Assembly: GCA_031425655.1 (NCBI GenBank)
Contig: JANPJS010000292.1
Coordinates: forward strand, 1-61,636
Direction: 5' to 3'
DNA length: 61,636 nt
Source of the DNA: Abditibacteriaceae bacterium
GTDB lineage: Bacteria > Armatimonadota > Abditibacteriia > Abditibacteriales > Abditibacteriaceae
The notes under the pieces are model-generated. The model had not been told where the DNA came from, did not search any database, and saw only the letters and a program-made list of their open reading frames with translations. Numbering within the stretch: position 1 is the first letter of the stretch; each line of letters starts with the position of its first letter. Both the position numbers and the translations under genes were made by a program. Shown piece after piece: positions 27,238-35,040 of the stretch.

Positions 27238-28713
27238 TCACTTTCCTCCATCCCGCCAGAATTGCCGGGCGGGGCCTGATTCCAATTTGCCACCTAAACG
27301 CAGGGCGGCTTCGGCTTTTTCAAGCTGTTTGGTTATCGTGGTGCCTAAAATCTTCTTTTGCTGAGAGGCATTCAGCGTGTGCGGCGAAAAGTGGATGCCT
27401 GCCGAGGCGAGGTCGGCGAAGTCGGCGCCCGCGCTGAGAAACTTGTCGGCGTCTTGGGAAGCGAGCCACAACGGGAAGCCCCACGAGCGGCCTTCGCGCG
27501 CCAAGCGTTCGAGCAGTTTGGCTTTGCCGTCTTTGGGCAGGATGTTGTGCGCTTCGTCCACGAATAGCACCATTTGCAGGGGCTGGATGCCGTCGCGGAT
27601 GGAAAGGTTCTGGTTGAGGCGTTCGATGAAAAAGTTGAGGATAAAAGCCACGCTTAAGGCCCGTGTATCGTTGTCCAATGGCTTGAAATCAATGACAATC
27701 GAGCGCGCCATCCATTCCTCGAAGGGCCGGGCGGCGTTCGCTGCGGCGAAGATGTTGAGGTCGAGCAGCTTGCTCAGGATGGAAATGGCGACGCCTTTTT
27801 CGCCGTCCTTTTTGAGTTCGGCGACCAGCGAGGCGAAATCGGGCTTTTTCAATTGCTGGTAAGCGGTGCGAATGGCTTCTTCCTGATTGGCGCCCATTTG
27901 CGGCCCGAAAGAGCGCACTAATGACGCGATGCGCGAAGCGATATTGGCGGTTTCGGGTGCGGTCTTGCCGACGAAAAGTGGGTTGATGGGCAGACTGTTG
28001 TCAATCAGGCGCAAATACTGCGCGCCGGTCTGCTCGAAAAAGCGGGCGCGGTTAGCCGCTTTTTGGCGGTCGTCAACAGCGATTTCGAGTTCGCCTTTCA
28101 AGTCGAAGAACAGGAATCTCATGCCCTGACGCGATAGCTGCGCCAGTAAATCGAGGGCAAGCTGGCTTTTGCCCGAACCCGGCTCGCCGGAAATCACCAG
28201 CAGGCCGTTGTTGGTTTCCGGGCCGTTCATGCTCCATTCTTCGGCATCGTTTAGCAGCTTTAGCTTGACTTCTTTTTCGACAATCGCTTGCGTCGAAGCG
28301 CTGCCTCGTGCAGTGTGCGAATCGGTGATAGGCGCGCCCGCACCAGCGATTTTTAACAGTTCCGAGACAAAACGAACTTGGTCGTTGCCGCTGTTTTCCC
28401 ACAGTTGTTTCAAGCGAAAGCAGCCGTATTCAAAGTGCAAGCGGAATTGTTGGCGATAAGCGGTTTCATCGAGCGTGCGCCCGGCGCGATGATTCAAGGC
28501 CGAGCGCACGACATCGCGCAGGTCATCGCCGATGACGGTTTCGTCGTCTAAATCCTTGCCGCCCGAATCGGCGATTTTGAACGCGGGCGCGACGCCTTCG
28601 CCGAGCGCCAAAAACAGCGCCGAACGCCCTAAAACCGCCTTATTGCGCGCTCCAACACGGGCGTGGATGTTTTCGATGAACTCTTCGGCGGCTAAGCTGG
28701 GTTTAAATCTCAT
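27238..28713 (-). CDS. dndE: DndE-like N-terminal domain fused to a HerA/DUF87-type P-loop ATPase (DndEi-like)
   Basis: N-terminal about 105 aa with DndE-like pattern (NKAVLGRSALFLAL, GKDLDDETVIG, FRLHFEYG); Walker A GEPGSGKS; FFDLKGE; Walker B LFVDEAH; REGRSWG; LASQ. Confidence 0.78.
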   Translation of the reverse strand: MRFKPSLAAEEFIENIHARVGARNKAVLGRSALFLALGEGVAPAFKIADSGGKDLDDETVIGDDLRDVVRSALNHRAGRTLDETAYRQQFRLHFEYGCFRLKQLWENSGNDQVRFVSELLKIAGAGAPITDSHTARGSASTQAIVEKEVKLKLLNDAEEWSMNGPETNNGLLVISGEPGSGKSQLALDLLAQLSRQGMRFLFFDLKGELEIAVDDRQKAANRARFFEQTGAQYLRLIDNSLPINPLFVGKTAPETANIASRIASLVRSFGPQMGANQEEAIRTAYQQLKKPDFASLVAELKKDGEKGVAISILSKLLDLNIFAAANAARPFEEWMARSIVIDFKPLDNDTRALSVAFILNFFIERLNQNLSIRDGIQPLQMVLFVDEAHNILPKDGKAKLLERLAREGRSWGFPLWLASQDADKFLSAGADFADLASAGIHFSPHTLNASQQKKILGTTITKQLEKAEAALRLGGKLESGPARQFWRDGGK

Positions 28714-29101
28714 TTTCCGAATCTCTGCTGTTTTGCGGTTCGTAGCTTTTGAATTCCCATTCGACTTCGCGTTTTAACCAACGATAAACTGCCGCCATCG
28801 CCGCCTCGCGGGTTGGGAAAAAAGCGCTGCCGTTGACGAACGTATAAGTGGCATCGTTAGCTTGTTCGTGTATCAAAGTAATTGGGCTTTGCTCGTCCTG
28901 ATTTTCGACACTGTTATGCCAATCGCCCCATGCGAACCATGAACCATCAATCGCCGGAGCGACGTAAAAGCGATTTTCTCCGGCGTGATTAACGTCCATT
29001 AAACGAGCGACACAGGTTTTTTGGTCGTGGGCAAAGGTGCGGTTTTCTTGGTCAATACCAAGTTCTTCGTGATGAAGCGCGTAATGCTGCCAACTCGTCA
29101 C
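28703..29101 (-). CDS. Hypothetical 132-aa protein between dndD and dndE
   Basis: ATGA overlap with the dndD stop and 11-nt overlap with the dndE start; GGGAGG RBS; no motif recognised. Confidence 0.65.
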   Translation of the reverse strand: MTSWQHYALHHEELGIDQENRTFAHDQKTCVARLMDVNHAGENRFYVAPAIDGSWFAWGDWHNSVENQDEQSPITLIHEQANDATYTFVNGSAFFPTREAAMAAVYRWLKREVEWEFKSYEPQNSRDSENEI

Positions 29102-30048
29102 AGCGTCCTCCCGAAATAATCGCCGCTCACGCGCACCTGATAATCAACGCTGTCTTCTTCGCCATGCGGATGCAGCGTGTAAACGCGCGCCAGTCGCCCG
29201 CTGATATTTTTGAAAAGCGGCCCATTGGGATCAATTTCCGAATTGGTGGTGAGAATCAGCGATTGGTGGCCGCTGAGGTAAAGCTGGTCGAGCACATTAG
29301 CGCGCACTTCCAAATCGAGGCGTCCCAGCGGCGTATCAACCACCAGCGGCGGCTTGAGGCGCGCCATGCGGCGCAGCGCTTCGTAAAACGCCAGCATTCG
29401 CACTTGTCGCTGCCCTGCCGAAGTGTTGGTGTCTTCCCACGCCACACGCTCGCCATCTTGACGCACCAAGAAACAACGCCAGTGTGAATCGAATTCGAGA
29501 CTTTTGAATTCGCGTTCGCGCTCGACGATTTGCGTCCATAATTCGCCGACGCCTTGTGAAATCTGCTCGCGCAGTTGCACCGCAGCGACTTCGCGGATGC
29601 GCTTGGCGGCTTCGCGGTAACTTGAGACAAGGGACGCTAAATTTTGCCCTTTTTGCATCTTCGCGCGCGTGTCGTCCAAGAGGGTTTCCTGCCCGCGTAG
29701 TTCAGTCAGGCTTTTATCGAGATTGGTGATTTCGACGAACAAATCTTCGTGTTGCTTTTGCAATCCGGCGTGTTTGCGCTTCAAGTCGCCGCGACGCTCA
29801 TGCAACTCCTGCCCGCGTTCGAGCGAAAAGCGGTTGCTTTGCATTTGCTTGAGGCGTGTGTCGAGTTCGCTCAAGTCAATACCGGGCGTTTCCAATTTGC
29901 GGCAGCGCTCATCCAAGTCGGAAATCGCTGTCGGATTCCCTGTCACCAAAGCGCGAACCTGCGCGCTGATGTCGTTGCGAGAAGTGAGAAACGGACTGCC
30001 TTCGCTCATGCCTTCGGGCGGCGGATGAAACAAGCGATGCAAGGCTTT
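29098..30048 (-). pseudogene. dndD: C-terminal half of DndD (SMC-like ATPase); Walker A half missing
   Basis: Coiled coil then SAGQRQ (signature), PLVVDTPLGRLD (Walker B/D-loop) and QSLILTTNSEID. In-frame TAA at 30049-30051, no Walker A and no convincing start; about half the usual DndD length. Confidence 0.8.
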
Positions 30049-30087
30049 TTAGAAGATGGAGGAGGAAAATACGTCGAAGTTATCTGT

Positions 30088-30993
30088 TTATATGCTGCCG
30101 AGTTTGTTTTTGCGGTGCCAATCGAGGTGTTTTTTATCCGGCCAATAATTGCGGTCTTTAGGAAGATGGATTTGCGTGCCTGCTAATTTCAAGAGGGAAA
30201 GTGCTTCGTTGCCGGATTCGTGAAAGCGCCAATCGGCGACGAGGACACGGTAATCATTATCGAGCGACCACAAACCCTGATCGAACATCCAATGGGCATT
30301 TTTGGATAGAGCGATGCCATTTTGCGGATGATTATTGCGGCTATCGGAAAATTGGTGAATATGCGCGGCGTCAACGATGCTGCCCGCACCTACAGTAATT
30401 AGGCGGTAACGTGTTAAAGCACAGGTGTAATTGTAGGCCGGAACGACGGTCAAACGAAAACGGGCCTCGCGTCCTCGTTCTTGTGCTGCTTCGTAAAGTT
30501 TGGCATCGGCTTGCACAATATCATCGGGCGGAACAGGCAAACCAACAAGATCATAAAGTGCGGCGCGTTCAGTGGAATCTTCAAAATACTTCGCAATAAG
30601 CACACGCCGCAAATGTTCACGAAAATCAGAGTCTTGCAAACACGCAAAAAAATCCTTGTCTAATTGCACAGCAACAGCGCGGCGTTTTTCCAGAGTTGGC
30701 TGTCCGGTTTCATCCAATGGTGTCCAAACACCTGAGCTTTTCAAGTGATAAAACGGCAAGTGAATTTCTGGTTTTTGCGGACGACGCGCTGCAACAATTG
30801 TCCAAAAGGCAAGAAAGCGAAAAGCGAGTTCGCCGGTAAGTTCTAAGAGGGGCTGCGATAGTTTGTTTTGCTCGGCAAGTTCGGCGATAACTAATAAAAG
30901 AAGCGGCTGATGCGGTGCTGGCCCGGCGCTACGATCAATACGAAGGTTAGCAACACTTTTTAACCAATATTCAGTTTGAAGCGATTCGTTCAT
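30088..30993 (-). CDS. HNH endonuclease with N-terminal SBD-like (sulfur-binding) domain; putative phosphorothioate-dependent restriction enzyme
   Basis: N-terminal LRIDR..APHQPLLLL ... LPFYHLKSSGVW; C-terminal REARFR..V..AYNYTCALT, DAAHI, NHPQNGIALSKNAHWMFDQG, LDWHR. Confidence 0.82.
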   Translation of the reverse strand: MNESLQTEYWLKSVANLRIDRSAGPAPHQPLLLLVIAELAEQNKLSQPLLELTGELAFRFLAFWTIVAARRPQKPEIHLPFYHLKSSGVWTPLDETGQPTLEKRRAVAVQLDKDFFACLQDSDFREHLRRVLIAKYFEDSTERAALYDLVGLPVPPDDIVQADAKLYEAAQERGREARFRLTVVPAYNYTCALTRYRLITVGAGSIVDAAHIHQFSDSRNNHPQNGIALSKNAHWMFDQGLWSLDNDYRVLVADWRFHESGNEALSLLKLAGTQIHLPKDRNYWPDKKHLDWHRKNKLGSI

Positions 30994-31001
30994 TTCATCC
31001 G

Positions 31002-32297
31002 TTAGTTTTGGCTGGTTTTCAATTTTTGTTCTGCTAATTCATCATTCAAAATCCGCACTAACTCGTCGGGCAAACCGAAGCGGCGATGGCTTTCGGAGTA
31101 TTCTTCGACTTTGGAAACCAGGCGGCGCAGCGTTTCGTGCGACAAGTGTTTTTCTTCGCAAACCTGTTCTTCCATGAGGCGCAGTTTGTCCATTTCTTTG
31201 AGGTCGTTCATCATGATGCCTTTGTGTTGATGCACGATGCGCGCGACGCCGTTGCCGTCGTCGGGTTTGCGCGCCGAGTTCCAAAATCGTTGAATCAACA
31301 ACAATTCCTCCTCGTTAATGAGCTTCAAAGCCGTTTCTTCCTGCAAATCCAGCAAGCGCGTCAATAATTCGCGGCGCGCATCCATCGTCAAAGGGCCGGG
31401 GCCGTCGTTGCCATTCATGCGCCGCATATCGCGGTAGCCGTTTTCCGGTTCGCGCACTGTTAATAAAATATCGCGGAACGAAATCAGCTTTTCCATGCGC
31501 TCGTCGCCCGCATTCATCAAGCCCTCGCTGGCCTTGTCTTTATCCACGACGGTGCAAGTCCAGCAGCCAAAGCGCGAATTGCCACAACTGGGCGTGCTTT
31601 TATCAATCTGCACCGGGCATTCGCCGCCCGACGCATCGGCATACAAGCGATACAAATCGCGGTTGCTGCCTCCCCACGGCGGCTTTTTTTGCAGCAGATA
31701 TGCCCACACTTCTTCGGTCGTCAGATGCTCAATCGGATTATTAATCCACACGCGCGGCAAATCGTTGTGCTTGCGTAATCCGCCGCGAGTTTCGCGCTTG
31801 GCCATCGTTTGGGCGCGGCTTGAACTTTCGGCGCGGCGTGCTCCCAGTTGAAAAATCGCTTCGCCCCAGTGTCCGACGCGGTTTTCGACAAAGCGCGACA
31901 TCGGATCAATTTTCAAGCGCGAAGTGCACCAGCGAAACACGCGATTGGGCGGCGGATAACCGCGCCCGATGACATTCACCCAGAACGATTGCTCGGCAGG
32001 CGGACGCAGCAAATGCACTTCGATGTTGAGTTTGTTGGCATCCGAGCATTTTTTCATGCGCGCAAGCGTGGTTTCGACCATTTCGACGATGGCCGGAATT
32101 TCCACGCGCGTGTCGCTGCACAAAATGGCAATCGGTTTGGTGCGCTTTTCGGGCGCGAGGCCCAAAACCACATCGAAAATCAGCGACGCAACCATCGAGC
32201 TGTCTTTGCCGCCGCTAAAACCGACGAGCCATGGTCGTTCGTCTTCAAGATAAAGGGTTTCGAGATTATCGCGGATTTCGCTAAAAAGAGTGGACAT
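31002..32297 (-). CDS. dndC: DNA phosphorothioation sulfurtransferase DndC (PAPS reductase family)
   Basis: PWLVGFSGGKDS, DTRVEIP, FWVNVIGRGYPPP, RWCTSRLKIDP, GECP, CGNSRFGCWTCTVV. Confidence 0.95.
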   Translation of the reverse strand: MSTLFSEIRDNLETLYLEDERPWLVGFSGGKDSSMVASLIFDVVLGLAPEKRTKPIAILCSDTRVEIPAIVEMVETTLARMKKCSDANKLNIEVHLLRPPAEQSFWVNVIGRGYPPPNRVFRWCTSRLKIDPMSRFVENRVGHWGEAIFQLGARRAESSSRAQTMAKRETRGGLRKHNDLPRVWINNPIEHLTTEEVWAYLLQKKPPWGGSNRDLYRLYADASGGECPVQIDKSTPSCGNSRFGCWTCTVVDKDKASEGLMNAGDERMEKLISFRDILLTVREPENGYRDMRRMNGNDGPGPLTMDARRELLTRLLDLQEETALKLINEEELLLIQRFWNSARKPDDGNGVARIVHQHKGIMMNDLKEMDKLRLMEEQVCEEKHLSHETLRRLVSKVEEYSESHRRFGLPDELVRILNDELAEQKLKTSQN

Positions 32298-32464
32298 AAG
32301 AAGTGGTTTTGCCCAAGTATAAGCCATGTGCTGAGGTAAAGAAAAAGCCGCTCAGAGTTTGTTTACTGATTACCTCGAACCTTTAATCGCGGCTAAGGCA
32401 TTCGCGCCGTTTACTTTTCCGCCCCCGCGCCGCGCTTTGTATCCTTATGTATGAGGAAAATTCC

Positions 32465-34537
32465 ATGACTTTATCGAAATTCATTTCTGGCGCCGCAGTT
32501 GGCGCGGCGTTGATGACAACGCAAATTATCGGGCCGTCACACGCCGAGGGCTTGCACTATTACGACCCGGCGGCAGTCAAGCCATTGGCGCAAACGCTGG
32601 AAACCGACATTTGCATTTATGGCGGCACTTCGGCGGGCGTGGTGGCGGCGCTGCAAGCCAGTCGCATGGGAAAAAAGGCGATCATCCTCGAACAAAACGC
32701 GCATTTAGGCGGCATGAGTTCGGGCGGGTTGGGCGAAACCGACATCGGCAACAAAGCCGCAATCGGCGGCGTATCGCACGAGTTTTACAAGCGCGTCGGC
32801 CAGAAAAACGGCATGGCCGAAAACTGGAAATTCGAGCCGCACATCGCCGAACAGGTTTTTATAGAAATGGCGCAGGAAGCCAAAGCGCCGGTTTTCTATC
32901 GCCAGTTTTTGAAATCCGTCGAGAAAAACGGCGCGCGATTGCTTTCCATCACGATGGAAAGCGGCCTCACTGTCCGCGCCAAATTCTTCATTGACGCCAC
33001 TTACGAAGGCGATTTGATGGCGAAAAGCGGCGTGAAATATCATGTGGGCCGCGAAGCCAATGCGGTTTACAACGAAACCGTCAATGGCGTTCAAGTGCGC
33101 GGCGCCCATCAATTCGACCGCGCGGTTAGCCCTTATATTGTCGAAGGCGACGCGAATAGCGGCCTTTTGCCCGGCATCAATGGCGGCGACCCCGGCGAGC
33201 AGGGATCGGGTGATAAGCGAGTGCAGGCTTATAATTTCCGGCTGTGCCTGACCAAAGTGCCCGAAAACCGCATCGCTTACGAAAAGCCCGCAGGCTACAA
33301 TCCGCTGGAATATGTCTTACTGGCGCGACTTCTTAAAGCCGGCTGGCCCGAAAGCGAGGTTTTTCGGAAATTCGACCCGGTTTTCAATAAAAAAGTAGAT
33401 AAAAACAATCACGGCGCGGTTTCGACCGACTTTATAGGCCGCAACTACGATTGGCCCGAAGCCGATTACGCGACCCGCGAGAAGATGTTTCAAGCGCACG
33501 TCACCTATCAAAAAGGCTTGATGTGGTTCTTGGGCAACGACCCCAGCGTGCCCGAAAGCATTCGCACCAAATGGAGTGAATGGGGCTTGCCCAAAGATGA
33601 ATTTCAGGATACGGGCGGCTGGCCGTATCAACTTTACGTGCGCGAAGCGCGGCGCATGATTTCGGATTACGTGATGACCGAGCATAATTGTCGGGGCAAA
33701 ATCGTGGTCGAAGACCCGATTGGCATGGCGGCTTACACGATGGATTCGCACAACTGCCAGCGCTTTGTCAAAAACGGGCGCGTGTGGAACGAAGGCGATG
33801 TGCAAGTCGGCGGCTTTCCGCCGTATCCGATTTCTTATCGCTCGATTGTGCCGAAAAAGGCCGAATGCGAAAACTTGGCTGTTCCGGTTTGCCTGTCCAC
33901 TTCTCACATCGCTTACGGCTCGATTCGCATGGAGCCGGTTTTTATGCTGCTCGCTCAATCGGCGGCGACGGCGGCCTCGATGGCGATAGATGAAAAAATC
34001 GCCTTGCAAGACGTGAGTTACGCCAAACTGCGCGAGCGCCTTTTGGCCGACGCGCAAATTTTGGAATGGAAAGGCAAACCGGCGACCGCGGAAAACGACC
34101 AGAACCTCCCATTGCGCGCTTTGACCGGACTTTTGGTGGACGACGCGCAAGCCAAAAAAACCGGCGAGTGGATTGATTCGCCGCGCAACGAATTTCGTGT
34201 CGGGACGGGCTACATTCACGACGACAACGCGCGCAAAGGCGAGCTTTCCATCGCTTTTACACCGCAGATTTCCGAAGCCGGCGAATACGAGTTGTTTTTC
34301 GTTTTCACGCCCAACGGCAACCGCGCCTCGAACGTGCCGGTCACCGTAGCAATTGACGGCAAAGACGTGAAAACCATTGCGGTTAATCAAAAGCCGCCCG
34401 GCGAAGGCGTGGTTTCGCTGGGCAAATTTCAGCTTGCCAAAGGCGCCGGAGCGACGGTTACGATTTCCAATAAAGGCACCGACGGCTTCGTCGTCGTGGA
34501 CGGAGTGCAGGTTGTGGCGTCGAAGCCGGCGAATTGA
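32465..34537 (+). CDS. Secreted FAD-dependent oxidoreductase (xanthan-lyase-annotated type) with C-terminal beta-sandwich domain
   Basis: Signal peptide; IYGGTSAG, GGMSSGGLG, FIDATYEGDL, YVREARRM, MDSH, YGSIRMEP; GAGG RBS. Confidence 0.9.
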   Translation: MTLSKFISGAAVGAALMTTQIIGPSHAEGLHYYDPAAVKPLAQTLETDICIYGGTSAGVVAALQASRMGKKAIILEQNAHLGGMSSGGLGETDIGNKAAIGGVSHEFYKRVGQKNGMAENWKFEPHIAEQVFIEMAQEAKAPVFYRQFLKSVEKNGARLLSITMESGLTVRAKFFIDATYEGDLMAKSGVKYHVGREANAVYNETVNGVQVRGAHQFDRAVSPYIVEGDANSGLLPGINGGDPGEQGSGDKRVQAYNFRLCLTKVPENRIAYEKPAGYNPLEYVLLARLLKAGWPESEVFRKFDPVFNKKVDKNNHGAVSTDFIGRNYDWPEADYATREKMFQAHVTYQKGLMWFLGNDPSVPESIRTKWSEWGLPKDEFQDTGGWPYQLYVREARRMISDYVMTEHNCRGKIVVEDPIGMAAYTMDSHNCQRFVKNGRVWNEGDVQVGGFPPYPISYRSIVPKKAECENLAVPVCLSTSHIAYGSIRMEPVFMLLAQSAATAASMAIDEKIALQDVSYAKLRERLLADAQILEWKGKPATAENDQNLPLRALTGLLVDDAQAKKTGEWIDSPRNEFRVGTGYIHDDNARKGELSIAFTPQISEAGEYELFFVFTPNGNRASNVPVTVAIDGKDVKTIAVNQKPPGEGVVSLGKFQLAKGAGATVTISNKGTDGFVVVDGVQVVASKPAN

Positions 34538-34557
34538 AAAGAGTGAGGCGTTAGCCC

Positions 34558-34763
34558 AATGGCATTAAGTTAGTGAAAGAAGAGCAGCTTCGCTGCTCCT
34601 GAAAACCCCCAACCCCCTTGGTAAGGGGGCTAAGTTCAAACGCTACGGCACTATTCCAACTTGGCTTTGTGCAACAGCGTAATAAATTTAGCCCCCTTAC
34701 CAAGGGGGTTGGGGGTTTTCAGGAGCAGCGAAGCTGCTCTTCTTTCACTAACTTAATGCCTTA
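34558..34763. mobile_element. MITE-like element with 73-bp perfect inverted arms and IS4-like ends
   Basis: 34561-34633 is the exact reverse complement of 34688-34760; flanks ggcgttagccc and gtcgtcagccc match at 9 of 11 positions; the inner CCCCCTT..AAGGGGG motif recurs at 61522. Confidence 0.7.
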
Positions 34764-34803
34764 GTCGTCAGCCCCGCTCTCAAAGACCAAAGGAAAACTA
34801 AGA

Positions 34804-35031
34804 ATGGCGAAAGAAAGCACTCAAAAAGCCACGCAACCGGCGGGCAATCCGATTTTTGAAGTCGGCTCGGCGAAGCCAGTGAAAAGCCCGATTCGCTGTG
34901 GCATTGTCGGTTTGGGGCGCATCGGCTGGTGCCATCACGCGCAGACGATTTCGCAGCACGGCGGCTTTGAACTCGCCGCCGTGTGCGATGTGGAAGCGGA
35001 GCGCCTTGACGAAGCCAAAGCCTTAGCGAAT
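34804..35031 (+). pseudogene. Duplicated 5' fragment of the downstream Gfo/Idh/MocA gene
   Basis: 34825-35031 aligns without gaps to 37045-37251 (offset 2220) at roughly 90% identity; reads in frame into the next gene. Confidence 0.85.
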
Positions 35032-35040
35032 TGGGTCTTC

